IMG/VR virus record: IMGVR_UViG_3300037088_000888 | Strand: one strand, 5' to 3' | Source: an uncultured virus (IMG/VR IMGVR_UViG_3300037088_000888) | Taxonomy: Duplodnaviria; Heunggongvirae; Uroviricota; Caudoviricetes | Length of the DNA stretch: 64,000 nt | Part shown: positions 30,377 to 40,441 of the stretch, piece by piece | Position numbering within the stretch: the stretch's first letter is position 1 | How the letters are laid out: every line of letters starts with the position of its first letter | The notes under the pieces: generated by a model | Database searches by the model: none | What the model saw: only the letters and a program-made list of their open reading frames with translations | Told to the model about the DNA's origin: nothing | Position numbers and translations under genes: made by a program

Positions 30377-31118
30377 AAAATTAAGAGTGGGGATTGACAT
30401 TAACGAAGTCCTACGTGCAAAATGGTTTCAGTTTGATAAATTTTATATAGAAGAATTTGGTGAAGAAGGTGCTCCAAAAGGACAACCATATGTATATGAT
30501 TATTTCAATTCATATGAATTTAAAGACACTGTTGAAGTGGGTAAAGAATTAAAAGAACCTGAAGATATGCCACAAAATATCAATCCTCTGGACTATCAGA
30601 TAGATGAAAAACTTGGTGAACCACCAGCAGATATCTTTTTATTTAAAGCACCTGTGAAAACTGAATTAACAGCAAGAGAAGTTTATAATCGTTTTATAAA
30701 TCAGGATTTTCTTTTTGAAATTCATGGTGCTGCAGCAATGATGTATAGAAATATGGATGTAGATGTTAATAAATTTCTTGAAAAATATCAGAAGTTTGCA
30801 GACTTTACAGTAGTATCGATTGAAAATAAATTTACAATACCACCAACAATGTTTTTCCTGAGTAAAATATCTATGAGATTCAGAAATTACAAATTTGTTG
30901 ATTATGCAAGTGAAATGTGGCAACACATGGACGTGTTAATAACAAGTGACCCTGCAATTCTTAGTAGAAAGATTCCTTGGTTTAAAAAATTAATCAAAAT
31001 AACAAGACCTTACAACGAAAATATAACTGCAGGGTCAATTGAAGTAAAGCAAGTTGCCAATTTAATTGACAACAAAATTTTCGAAAAAATAATTAAATAT
31101 AAAACGCATTTAATATAA
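30369..31118 (+). CDS. HAD-like 5'(3')-deoxyribonucleotidase-related protein
   Basis: VGIDINEVL, DVLIT, RPYN. Confidence 0.45.
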   Translation: MSKKLRVGIDINEVLRAKWFQFDKFYIEEFGEEGAPKGQPYVYDYFNSYEFKDTVEVGKELKEPEDMPQNINPLDYQIDEKLGEPPADIFLFKAPVKTELTAREVYNRFINQDFLFEIHGAAAMMYRNMDVDVNKFLEKYQKFADFTVVSIENKFTIPPTMFFLSKISMRFRNYKFVDYASEMWQHMDVLITSDPAILSRKIPWFKKLIKITRPYNENITAGSIEVKQVANLIDNKIFEKIIKYKTHLI

Positions 31119-31135
31119 TTATTTAATGTTTCTAT

Positions 31136-31292
31136 ATTAACGCTGACATTAATGGTAGTATTAACATATTAAGAAAAGAAATTGGAAACGATTGGTTAAA
31201 GCCAATCCTATCCAATAGAGGGTTTGTGGTAGACCCAATAAAGGTAGTGCCTTTATAAAATAAAACATTATTATAGTGTTTTATATACCATT
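31136..31292 (+). mobile_element. IS200/IS605-type tnpB 3' remnant with right-end hairpin (copy A, omegaRNA-like)
   Basis: 31136-31258 translates to INADINGSINILRKEIGNDWLKPILSNRGFVVDPIKVVPL* (TnpB RuvC-III NADxNG motif), followed by the hairpin TAAAACATTATTATAGTGTTTTA. Confidence 0.75.
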
Positions 31293-31343
31293 AAATATAA
31301 AAAATAAATAAAAGAAATAATATTAAATATAAAAAATAAAAAA

Positions 31344-32591
31344 ATGAGTGAAGAATTATTAAACAATGAAGCACAAAAAGCTGAATTAGAAAAAATTGAA
31401 AAGATCAAAGTATCTTTAGCTAAAATTACAAATAAGAAATCAAAATTCTTGTTTTGTATACCTGAATCACAAAGTCCAACAGCTTCTGTATATGAACTTT
31501 ATTTTCATGCTACAGTCGTAAAAAACATGGGATATGAGGTAGTTATTATGGTTGAAAAAGGTGATTATGTTCCACCTGTTTGGATTGAAAAAGAATTAAC
31601 AAATCATAAACATGTATCAATGGCAGACCCTAAATTGACGGTAGGTCCTGAAGACGTAATGGTAATTCCTGACATATATTCAAATGTTATGGAACAAACA
31701 AAAAAATTACCTTGTGTAAGAATTGGTTTTTTACAATCGGCTGATTATATGACTTCGGCTCTAATCCCGGGCACAGACTGGACATCATTTAATATTCAGG
31801 ATGTTATTACAACCTCACCAGTACTTAAAGAATGGCTTGAAACATTTTACAGCAAAGGTAAATATAATATTAGAACATATAATATTGGTATTCCAGATTA
31901 TTTTGAAAAATCAGACGTACCTCAGAAACCAATAATATCCATTATGGGTAGAAACGCAAATGAAATTTCAAAACTTGTAAAACTGTTCTTTGCTAAATAT
32001 CCTCAATATTCTTGGGTAACTTTTGACCCAATGTTAACAAAAAGCAAACCACCACAGGCAATGCGCAGGGTTGATTTTGCAAAAAGATTACAGGGAAATT
32101 TTGCTGCAGTCTGGGTTGATAGAATTTCATCATTTGGTACATTTCCACTTGAATGTATGAAGTCTGGAGTTATTCCAATTTGTCTTAAACCAGATATTAT
32201 GCCAGAATATATGCTCGAAAGAGATGAAAAAGGTGTTGCAACTAAAATTGTTGAAGGTGCTGGTATCTGGACAGAAAATTTTTATGATCTTCCAGTATTA
32301 ATTGGTGAAGTACTTGTTAAATTTCTTGATGATGCAATAAAACCTGAATTATATGAGAGTATGAGTAATGTTGCAAGCAAATATTCTCAGGAAGCAAGTG
32401 AAAAACGTCTAAATGAAATTTATGGTGAAATAGTTAATCAAAGAATTGCACTTTTTAACAGTGCACTTCAACCAGTTCAATCAGTTATACCCTCAACACC
32501 AGTAGCAGTAGCAATATTAAGTGGTGATACTGTACAAATACCAACGCAAACGGTTGATATATTATTACCACCAGTTAATGAAGAAAAATAA
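31344..32591 (+). CDS. GT-B fold glycosyltransferase-like protein
   Basis: VMVIPD, SSFGTFPLECMKSG (ExFG/E-like motif). Confidence 0.6.
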   Translation: MSEELLNNEAQKAELEKIEKIKVSLAKITNKKSKFLFCIPESQSPTASVYELYFHATVVKNMGYEVVIMVEKGDYVPPVWIEKELTNHKHVSMADPKLTVGPEDVMVIPDIYSNVMEQTKKLPCVRIGFLQSADYMTSALIPGTDWTSFNIQDVITTSPVLKEWLETFYSKGKYNIRTYNIGIPDYFEKSDVPQKPIISIMGRNANEISKLVKLFFAKYPQYSWVTFDPMLTKSKPPQAMRRVDFAKRLQGNFAAVWVDRISSFGTFPLECMKSGVIPICLKPDIMPEYMLERDEKGVATKIVEGAGIWTENFYDLPVLIGEVLVKFLDDAIKPELYESMSNVASKYSQEASEKRLNEIYGEIVNQRIALFNSALQPVQSVIPSTPVAVAILSGDTVQIPTQTVDILLPPVNEEK

Positions 32592-32613
32592 TTTTAAATA
32601 AAAAATAAATAAA

Positions 32614-33441
32614 ATGAATATTACAACAATAATTCCAATACATGAAATTGATGAAAAAATTTCAAGTTTTTTAGATAAAGCAATTGAATCAGTACAGAAA
32701 CAAGAAGGTATTGCAGAAAAACCAAAAATTGTGGTTGTTTATGCAGCAAATATAGCAGATAAAATGATGAAATATTTATCACCACTAGCACTTAAACAAG
32801 CCGCAGATTTTGATGGCGTTGGCATTAATAATTCTCTTGTTGCAAATAGTGGTAAAACCGATTATCAATCACAAGTTAACTTTGCTGTTAAGAAGATAGC
32901 TACCGATTATTTCTCTGTACTTGAATTTGATGATGAATATAGTACAACATTTTTTAAAAATGCCGAAAAATATATCAACTCATATCCAGAGATTGATGTT
33001 TTTTTAACAATGATGATTGAAGTTAATGAGAAGAATGAAGGCATAAAAATGACAAATGAAACAGTTTGGGCACAACAGTTTGTTGGAGAAAACGGTGAAA
33101 TGGGTTATTTGAATGTCAAAGCACTTCAGCAATATACTGACTTTAAATTATCAGGTGCTGTTATTAAAAAATCAGAATTCGAAAATCTTGGAGGATATAA
33201 ATCAAATATTAAATTAACTTTTATGTATGAATTCTTGCTCAGAGCATTAAATAATGCTTGCAAAATATTTTCAATGCCAAAAATTGGTTATAAACATCTT
33301 GCAACAAGAGAAGGTAGTTTATTTGATGGCTATATGAAAACAATGCCAGCAAATGAAAGAAAATTCTGGTTTGAAACAGCAAATAAAGAAGCAAACATAA
33401 TGGGCGACAGAGCAATTGATATGTCAAGACTTCAAAAATAA
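32614..33441 (+). CDS. Family 2-like glycosyltransferase
   Basis: ITTIIPIH, VLEFDDEY, GGYK, YEFLLR. Confidence 0.65.
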   Translation: MNITTIIPIHEIDEKISSFLDKAIESVQKQEGIAEKPKIVVVYAANIADKMMKYLSPLALKQAADFDGVGINNSLVANSGKTDYQSQVNFAVKKIATDYFSVLEFDDEYSTTFFKNAEKYINSYPEIDVFLTMMIEVNEKNEGIKMTNETVWAQQFVGENGEMGYLNVKALQQYTDFKLSGAVIKKSEFENLGGYKSNIKLTFMYEFLLRALNNACKIFSMPKIGYKHLATREGSLFDGYMKTMPANERKFWFETANKEANIMGDRAIDMSRLQK

Positions 33442-33464
33442 TCTTTATGTCAATTTGTAATTAA

Positions 33465-34340
33465 ATGAAGAAAAAAGTTAATGATGTAGCTAACGTACCA
33501 TATTTTGCAGAAAAGGAAGAACAAGCGGTTATAGATTATATCAATGCAACTACGGCTGAAGAGAAAAACAAGATTTATAACGAAATTTTATTAGTACCTT
33601 TTCGTAAAATGATAGAATCGATATTAAGACGATATCCTATACATATTGGTAATTATGATATTGTGGAAGTAGAATCTAATGCCCGTAGCCATTTGATTGA
33701 ACATATGATTAAGTATAGACCATTTATTATTGAATATAATGAAACTGGCTCTTTAAAATGGATTAAATCAAATATTTATAAGTATTTTCTTGTTGAAGAA
33801 GCTAATGAAAAATTAAAATCTTTAATTAAGAAAAATGATTTTAATTATAGATTATTTAATTCTAAGGCATATAGTTATTGTCAAACAATAATTCGAAATT
33901 ATTATAAAGATCATAGCAAAAAAAGCTACATTGAAAAGAAGATAAATTTATCTTTTGATGATCATATCGATGAAATTAATGAAAATATTGAATATTCCTA
34001 TGAACTTGAACTGGAAACCCATCAACAATATGAACAATTAATTAATACTGTTGTTGAAAAGATTGAAACAAAAATTAACGATAATGACACCACAATGAAA
34101 AGAAACGAAGTTATTGTAGGTGATGCAATTGTAAATGTTTTGAAAAATTGGCACATATTATTCATGGAAGACACACCAGAAGGAAAATATAATAAAAGAA
34201 TTACAAATAAATTTGCCAAAAATAAGATTTTATTGTTTTTAAAAGAACAAACTGGTTTATCTACTAAAGAAATACGAATTGCAATCAAACCGTTTAAAGA
34301 AATGTATTTTATAGAGAAAATGGACTACTTAGAGGATTAA
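33465..34340 (+). CDS. Phage sigma-factor-like protein (candidate late sigma)
   Basis: Region-2-like KAYSYCQTIIRNYY; C-terminal HTH-like LKEQTGLSTKEIR. Confidence 0.5.
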   Translation: MKKKVNDVANVPYFAEKEEQAVIDYINATTAEEKNKIYNEILLVPFRKMIESILRRYPIHIGNYDIVEVESNARSHLIEHMIKYRPFIIEYNETGSLKWIKSNIYKYFLVEEANEKLKSLIKKNDFNYRLFNSKAYSYCQTIIRNYYKDHSKKSYIEKKINLSFDDHIDEINENIEYSYELELETHQQYEQLINTVVEKIETKINDNDTTMKRNEVIVGDAIVNVLKNWHILFMEDTPEGKYNKRITNKFAKNKILLFLKEQTGLSTKEIRIAIKPFKEMYFIEKMDYLED

Positions 34341-34342
34341 AA

Positions 34343-34840
34343 ATGATCAAAGTATATCAAAACATTGTAGATGTAAAACATGGTAATTGTATGCAAGCTG
34401 CTATTGCCAGTCTTTTTGAACTTCCTTTAGAAAAAGTACCTAATTTTCTTGAATTAGGAGAAAATTGGTTTGGAGTATTTTATAAGTTTGTTCGGGAGCA
34501 AGGATATGAGTTTGATGGTACACTTTATAATTACAATCAATGGCGCATAATTAACAAAAGAGAAAGAGTACCAACAGCAAAGGGACTTAGAAACAGGTTG
34601 TATAAGATAAAGAAAATGGAAGGTGTAATGGGTTACTTTTTTGCAAGCGTATATTCGCCAAAGTATTATAACTCAAAAGATAAGTCACCAGTAACGCATG
34701 CAGTTATAATTGATAAAAACTTTAATATTGTTCATGACGTTAATCCTGCTAATGATAGATCAATATCTTATCCTGAAAGTAAAAAATTAAAATATAATGG
34801 TATTCTTGATATTTATATGATAAATCCACTTTCAAAATAA
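34343..34840 (+). CDS. Hypothetical protein
   Basis: GNCMQAAIASL...HAVI...VHDVNP; possible Cys-His-Asp triad. Confidence 0.5.
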   Translation: MIKVYQNIVDVKHGNCMQAAIASLFELPLEKVPNFLELGENWFGVFYKFVREQGYEFDGTLYNYNQWRIINKRERVPTAKGLRNRLYKIKKMEGVMGYFFASVYSPKYYNSKDKSPVTHAVIIDKNFNIVHDVNPANDRSISYPESKKLKYNGILDIYMINPLSK

Positions 34841-34874
34841 CCCGTATTTATATGTACTAAAACTATAGACCAAT

Positions 34875-35291
34875 ATGAGACCAATAAGAAAAGTAATAGC
34901 GTTTGATGAAGAAAGTGCGAATAAACTTCTTCAGGAAATATATAACGATAGTTATAATCAAAAAGCAAAAATTACCAGACTTTTTACTAAATGGGAATTA
35001 AAAGTAAAAGAAGGTGCTGAAATTCAAGCAATCGGTGATCAAATAATTAAAGTAATTGCATTGGAAGCAAAAAACGTTGATCAAAAAATTATGCTTCTTA
35101 AATTTTTAAAAGAAGTGGTTTTTGATAACAATGTTAAATCAGGTAATGCTACAAATGGTAATTCTAATATCAATGCTTCAAAATCTTCTTCTGATGAAGA
35201 CGGTGATATTACTGCAGAAAGAAGACTTGAATTACTTACTATGGTTCAAGAACATTTTGAAAAAGAAGAAGATAAGAAACTAAAAAAATAA
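34875..35291 (+). CDS. Hypothetical protein
   Basis: ORF preceded by GTATTTAT at 34844-34851. Confidence 0.55.
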   Translation: MRPIRKVIAFDEESANKLLQEIYNDSYNQKAKITRLFTKWELKVKEGAEIQAIGDQIIKVIALEAKNVDQKIMLLKFLKEVVFDNNVKSGNATNGNSNINASKSSSDEDGDITAERRLELLTMVQEHFEKEEDKKLKK

Positions 35292-35293
35292 AA

Positions 35294-36616
35294 ATGAGCT
35301 TAAGTGACGACAAAAAAAATATTTTCACAACCATTGGTTCATATACTTCAGTAATTCAAGCAACGAATATACCTGATACTACTAATCTATTTCCTTCAGT
35401 TAACAATAAAAATGATATTGTACCATTATTGCTCGACATTTTAAAAGTTGTTGCTGGTACTGATGCTTTACAGTCATTAACAGGTGAATTATTTACTAAA
35501 TTTATTGACAAGATTGAACCCGAAATGAAAAGTGCTTTAAAAAATCAAGTAACACAATATAATGCTGGTGACAATCTTCCAAGTTATTTTGTTTCGGGAG
35601 GTACTGGCGTAAGAGTAAAAGTAAAAGATATTGACATTTCAGGTAAATTCAAAGCAAATCCAACTTCTCAGGCAGGTCAATTATTATATGATAATTCAAA
35701 ACCTAATTTCGATAGTTCAGTATATGATGCAATAAAAAATGGCAATGCTGATTTTGGTGTTTTACATATGTCTCATGATGCAATAACTGATGAATTGGTG
35801 CTGAAAGGAAATATTACTCCCAGCACTGCAACGATCGGCACTTGGCTAAATAAACATATTGATAATCTTACAATTATTGACAAAAAAGAATTTTTAAGTA
35901 AGGTTATGAATAAAATATATGGTACAATTACAAAAAATCAAGGTAGGACTGTTAATGATGCACACAACGAATTGGTAGTTAATCAATTAATTGACCAGTT
36001 AGTTAATGGTGATGACAGTTTTGAAATTTCACCTGAAGATAATGCAGCATTGCTTCTACGTGCAGAAGAAATAATAAATGGTATTGTTAATTATGATTTA
36101 GGTTGCGGAGTTATGGCAGCAAGTTTACCATTAAGTGGTTTAACCAGTTTAATTGGAAATATATCTGGCACTACTGGACAGGCAACTGACCCAAATTATG
36201 TCGGTAATCAAATAAATAATACGATTGCTCAGAGTGTAGCTGATAAAGATGTAGCAAATACTAATAAAGAAACGATTAAAGATGGTTTCTTTCAAAAATT
36301 AATTAAATTAATTACACAGGCATTAGCAGAGGCATTAACGACTAATCCTCAAATACGTGCAATATTGGCAATTGTAAGTGCATTTCAAAATCAGGGCAAT
36401 GTAAAAATTGGTCAGGCAAAAGATGATCTAAAAAATTTTAAAGTATTTTTGAAATGTAGTGCCAATACTGCAATGAAATTAATAAACGAATTTATATTTA
36501 ATTTAATTAAAAAGTTTTTAGTGGCTCTTTTAAAACCACTAATATTAAAAATAATAAAAGAAAAAATAAATCAATTTACAGATATTATTAAAAGTTTAAT
36601 ACCAGCAAAAACATGA
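35294..36616 (+). CDS. Hypothetical, probably virion protein
   Basis: 440 aa, in the same operon as the spike gene. Confidence 0.5.
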   Translation: MSLSDDKKNIFTTIGSYTSVIQATNIPDTTNLFPSVNNKNDIVPLLLDILKVVAGTDALQSLTGELFTKFIDKIEPEMKSALKNQVTQYNAGDNLPSYFVSGGTGVRVKVKDIDISGKFKANPTSQAGQLLYDNSKPNFDSSVYDAIKNGNADFGVLHMSHDAITDELVLKGNITPSTATIGTWLNKHIDNLTIIDKKEFLSKVMNKIYGTITKNQGRTVNDAHNELVVNQLIDQLVNGDDSFEISPEDNAALLLRAEEIINGIVNYDLGCGVMAASLPLSGLTSLIGNISGTTGQATDPNYVGNQINNTIAQSVADKDVANTNKETIKDGFFQKLIKLITQALAEALTTNPQIRAILAIVSAFQNQGNVKIGQAKDDLKNFKVFLKCSANTAMKLINEFIFNLIKKFLVALLKPLILKIIKEKINQFTDIIKSLIPAKT

Positions 36617-36831
36617 TAGTAGATCAAAAATTAAACAAACAGTTTCTTGGCGTATATCTCATTGATAATGGTGACTTAAACGGCACACAACTCGCAACAA
36701 CAGTTAAACCAAACTGGTTCAGGATACTGATGACAAAATGGCTTTTAGGTTGGAAATGGATAAACATTAGAGAATTAAAAACAACTCAAGCAGCAACAAA
36801 AATCGTTCTTGAAGAAGTAAAAGTAAAATAA
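36613..36831 (+). CDS. Hypothetical protein
   Basis: ATGA-coupled ORF. Confidence 0.5.
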   Translation: MIVDQKLNKQFLGVYLIDNGDLNGTQLATTVKPNWFRILMTKWLLGWKWINIRELKTTQAATKIVLEEVKVK

Positions 36832-36833
36832 AA

Positions 36834-37241
36834 ATGGCAACCGATTTCAATAATGTTGATTCAATCATTGGTGCGTTTAATAAAATATTAAACCTATCCT
36901 CAATTGGCGGACCGCCCGTAGTGCCAACTCCATTAATATTAATTGGAGTAGCTCAACGTTCTGGATTATCACCAATAAAAATTGCATCACGTATAATTGC
37001 TCGTAAAAGTGAAGCGGGATTACCAGTTGGTGTTTTACCTTCTGGCGGTGTTGCTCCAGATGAAATTATGGAAAGAATTAGAGCCGAAGAATATATTAAA
37101 GCATTTCAACAAGATGCAGTAATAACAGTAGCAATACCACCCGGAATAACACTAACAGCAGCAGGTATATCACCAACGGGACCCGTTACCGTATTTGGTT
37201 CAACTATTTATTATGCAAAAGGTTATGGAGTAATACAATAA
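36834..37241 (+). CDS. Hypothetical, probably baseplate-associated
   Basis: Pro/Gly-rich 135 aa ORF upstream of the spike gene. Confidence 0.5.
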   Translation: MATDFNNVDSIIGAFNKILNLSSIGGPPVVPTPLILIGVAQRSGLSPIKIASRIIARKSEAGLPVGVLPSGGVAPDEIMERIRAEEYIKAFQQDAVITVAIPPGITLTAAGISPTGPVTVFGSTIYYAKGYGVIQ

Positions 37242-37447
37242 TGGAAAATTTAAGTAAATATACACCAATTGAATTAAATAAAATGCTTAATGATATCAAA
37301 TTAAAACATGATACGTTAAAACAGGAGATTATTAATTGTACTTATGATGCTGAAGAACTTGAAAAGAAAATTAATGAAAAAATTAAAGTATTAACTGAGA
37401 TAGAAAATTCTTATGTTTTATTAATTGAAGAAATGGAGAAAAGATAA
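37241..37447 (+). CDS. Small coiled-coil protein
   Basis: Coupled ORF with a heptad pattern. Confidence 0.5.
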   Translation: MENLSKYTPIELNKMLNDIKLKHDTLKQEIINCTYDAEELEKKINEKIKVLTEIENSYVLLIEEMEKR

Positions 37448-38347
37448 ATGGCAGGATTTGATAAACCAATAATACAAACAAGTAATCCTTTTAAGAAAAT
37501 AGGTACTTACGAAGTCACCAGAACGATTTATTATGGTGAGGTGATATCTATTGACGACCCGACAGATGGTGGCAGAATTCAAGTTAAAATACCTGATTTG
37601 GATAATCAGACAGGAAATTCTGATTTACCTTATTGTTATCCTATGTTACCAAAATTCTTCTTTCTTCTTCCACAAGTAGGCGAAATGGTTAGAATTTTTA
37701 TTGAAAACATAAAATATCCTCAAAGAAGTAGATTTTGGATGGGTAGTATTATATCACAACCACATAAAATTGGATTCGATACAATTTATACAGCATTATC
37801 AACAACAAATATGGGATTAACTCTTCCAGAAACAGCACCTTCAACACTTCCTGATGCAATTGGAGTATATCCTTTACCAAGCGATGTTGCAATAGTGGGT
37901 AAGGTCAATACTGATGTTATTTTACGAACAAACGAAGTTCATATAAGGGCAGGTAAACATGAAAATGGCAATGTATTAAAATTAAATACAAAAAATCCAG
38001 CATCAATTAATCTTGTCTTCGAACCAGAAAATTTGATCGCAACAACTCCTACTTATCAAAGCAGTACCGTTATATTGAGCGGTAAAATTGCTTTAATATC
38101 ACATACTGGTAAACCACAATTTAAAGCAGCAGAATTAACAGCAGAAGACAGAGCAAGAATATTTTCTGAAGGTCATCCGGTTGCAAGAGGTGATGTACTG
38201 GTGGTAGCATTAAAAATAATTATAAACGCACTTATCAATCATATTCATGGATATTCAGGTCTGCCAGCAGATAAAAATGCATTAATAAATGACTTGGAAA
38301 AAATTAATCTTGATAATATTTTACAAAAAAACATTGTGGTTAATTAA
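37448..38347 (+). CDS. Baseplate central spike (gp5/gpV-like)
   Basis: GEVISIDDPTDGGRIQVKIP OB-fold, PQVGEMV, C-terminal HIH metal-binding tip motif. Confidence 0.75.
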   Translation: MAGFDKPIIQTSNPFKKIGTYEVTRTIYYGEVISIDDPTDGGRIQVKIPDLDNQTGNSDLPYCYPMLPKFFFLLPQVGEMVRIFIENIKYPQRSRFWMGSIISQPHKIGFDTIYTALSTTNMGLTLPETAPSTLPDAIGVYPLPSDVAIVGKVNTDVILRTNEVHIRAGKHENGNVLKLNTKNPASINLVFEPENLIATTPTYQSSTVILSGKIALISHTGKPQFKAAELTAEDRARIFSEGHPVARGDVLVVALKIIINALINHIHGYSGLPADKNALINDLEKINLDNILQKNIVVN

Positions 38348-38363
38348 AATTTAAGTACTTTTG
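38333..38363 (+). promoter_or_regulatory. Bacteroidota-type promoter
   Basis: aTTG-N19-TACTTTTG, 5 nt before ATG 38369 (possibly near-leaderless). Confidence 0.5.
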
Positions 38364-38368
38364 CATTC

Positions 38369-39163
38369 ATGAATACTGATTTTCCTATACCCAATGAATT
38401 ATTTACAGCATTTAATGATGTAACATTTTATGATGAACCACATAAATATTATCTTGACGGTAAAGAATTAATATCTGTAACTACATTAATACATAAGTAT
38501 CAAGAAGAATTTAATGAAGAATATTGGTCTGAATATAAAGGAAATCAATTTGGTATAAATCCTGAAGAAATACTCAGAGCATGGAAATTCATAAATAAAA
38601 AAGGTACAATCAGAGGTTCGGCAATACATGATTATGCTGAAAACTTATTTCAAAATAAAAAATTTGAATATCCTAAACAATTAATATTAAACGAATTTGG
38701 TTTTGACCCCGTACAACATACATATGATATCTGTAAAAAACATGTGGATAAATTTTATAATGATGTTCAGGGTAAATTAATACCAATTCGAACAGAAATG
38801 ATTGTATATGACAAAGAAACATTAATTGGGGGAATGCTCGATATTTTATTTTATAATGTAAAAGCAAAAGAATTTCAAATCTGGGACCATAAAACCAACA
38901 AGGACTTTACATATGAAATGAAAAGTAGACATTTACTTAATGAATTGTTTGTTTTAGAAGATTGCGATCTTGAATTATATTCATTACAACTTGGTCTCTA
39001 TAAATATATTATAGAAAAAAACATATCAATTAAACTTGGTAAATCATATATTGTTTGGTATTCACACAATAATGACAACTATAAAATAATTGAAGCAAAA
39101 GACATGTCATATTATATTGGTATTATTGCAAAAAATAGAATTAACGAATTATTAACTGCATGA
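38369..39163 (+). CDS. PD-(D/E)XK exonuclease
   Basis: FYDEPHKYY, SVTT, GSAIH, GMLD, WDHKTN, YSLQLGLY. Confidence 0.8.
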   Translation: MNTDFPIPNELFTAFNDVTFYDEPHKYYLDGKELISVTTLIHKYQEEFNEEYWSEYKGNQFGINPEEILRAWKFINKKGTIRGSAIHDYAENLFQNKKFEYPKQLILNEFGFDPVQHTYDICKKHVDKFYNDVQGKLIPIRTEMIVYDKETLIGGMLDILFYNVKAKEFQIWDHKTNKDFTYEMKSRHLLNELFVLEDCDLELYSLQLGLYKYIIEKNISIKLGKSYIVWYSHNNDNYKIIEAKDMSYYIGIIAKNRINELLTA

Positions 39164-39199
39164 AATTTTCAGAAAATTCATGCAATTTTAATAGATAAA

Positions 39200-39832
39200 A
39201 TGATACTAACAGGAATATATAAAATATTAAATAAAATAAATAATAAAGTTTATATTGGTAGTGCTACCGATATTAGAAAAAGATGGCGTGATCATAAATG
39301 GTATTTAAATCACAATATACATCATAATTCACATTTACAATCTTCATGGAATAAATATGGTGTTGAAGCATTTGAATTCACAATATTATTGGAATGTTCA
39401 ATTGATGAATTATTGGAGAAGGAGAAGGAATATACATTAAAATATAATTCTTTAAATAATAATTGTGGATATAATGTAAATGAACCACAAAAAGTCTTTT
39501 TAAACAGAAAATGTTCTGAATTAACAAAGAAAATTTCATCAAAACGTATGTTAGGTAAAAATAATCCAATGTTTGGTAAATTTGGTATAGAACATCCTAA
39601 ATTCAATATAAGTCCTTCAATTAAAATGCGAAATCATTTGTCTTTAATAAAAAAAGGAATACCAACCCATAGGCGAACGCACGTTAAATTAATACCAAAT
39701 GATATTATTAATATACGTAAAATGTATAATGAAGAAAAAATTTCACAACCTAAAATAGCTGTAAAATATAATGTGTGTTGTACAACAATAAATCAAATAA
39801 TTAATAATAAAATTTGGGCTGACGTAAAATAA
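39200..39832 (+). CDS. GIY-YIG homing endonuclease
   Basis: GIYKI...VYIGS...RWRDH; NUMOD-like GKNNPMFGK; C-terminal HTH. Confidence 0.88.
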   Translation: MILTGIYKILNKINNKVYIGSATDIRKRWRDHKWYLNHNIHHNSHLQSSWNKYGVEAFEFTILLECSIDELLEKEKEYTLKYNSLNNNCGYNVNEPQKVFLNRKCSELTKKISSKRMLGKNNPMFGKFGIEHPKFNISPSIKMRNHLSLIKKGIPTHRRTHVKLIPNDIINIRKMYNEEKISQPKIAVKYNVCCTTINQIINNKIWADVK

Positions 39833-39858
39833 AAAAGCCACAACTAAGTGACTTTTTT
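39831..39858. terminator. Bidirectional intrinsic terminator
   Basis: AAAAAAGCCAC-aactaa-GTGACTTTTTT between convergent genes. Confidence 0.65.
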
Positions 39859-39887
39859 ATTTTTTTTCGTAACATGTAACTACTTGA

Positions 39888-40376
39888 CTACATGTTCAAT
39901 ATGCACCTCCAAGGCTGTAAAGTGAGTTGTATGGTTGTTAAACCATCTTCTTCATAACTGTTTTCACCAAAATCAATTGCTGTAATCATACATTGTTCCA
40001 AAGTCCATTTTTCAACTTCAACACCTGTTGGGTCAACTGCTTTTAAAAGAACATTTTTCTTATAACCTGCTGCATAACCCATACGACCTGTAAGTGATTC
40101 TGCGTGTAAACGTACCCACTCCATCAATTGTTGTGATGTAGACGGTCCGATTGGGTCATAGAATGTTAATTGCATTTCTTCCCAACTATATCTGCCAGCA
40201 ACATAGTCCTGTTCGTTCATGAATTGAATCTGAACTGAGTTAATTTTCATTGAAGGTCTTTTGAATTTTTGGATTTTCCAAACTTCAATACCTAAATCAT
40301 CACTAAATTCTGCGAAGAATCTATTTATCCTCTTGGGTTCATATTGGAAGGGGATACTTCTTATCATTTCTGCCAT
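39888..40376 (-). CDS. Tail tube protein (T4 gp19-like)
   Basis: EPKRINRF, AGRYSWEEMQLTFYDPI, VEKWTL; directly downstream of the sheath; GTATTTAT at 40416-40423. Confidence 0.85.
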   Translation of the reverse strand: MAEMIRSIPFQYEPKRINRFFAEFSDDLGIEVWKIQKFKRPSMKINSVQIQFMNEQDYVAGRYSWEEMQLTFYDPIGPSTSQQLMEWVRLHAESLTGRMGYAAGYKKNVLLKAVDPTGVEVEKWTLEQCMITAIDFGENSYEEDGLTTIQLTLQPWRCILNM

Positions 40377-40441
40377 ATCATTGTCTGTTTTAAATTATAT
40401 ATGCTTATTTTTATTATAAATACTTACGTCTTAAAAATCTA

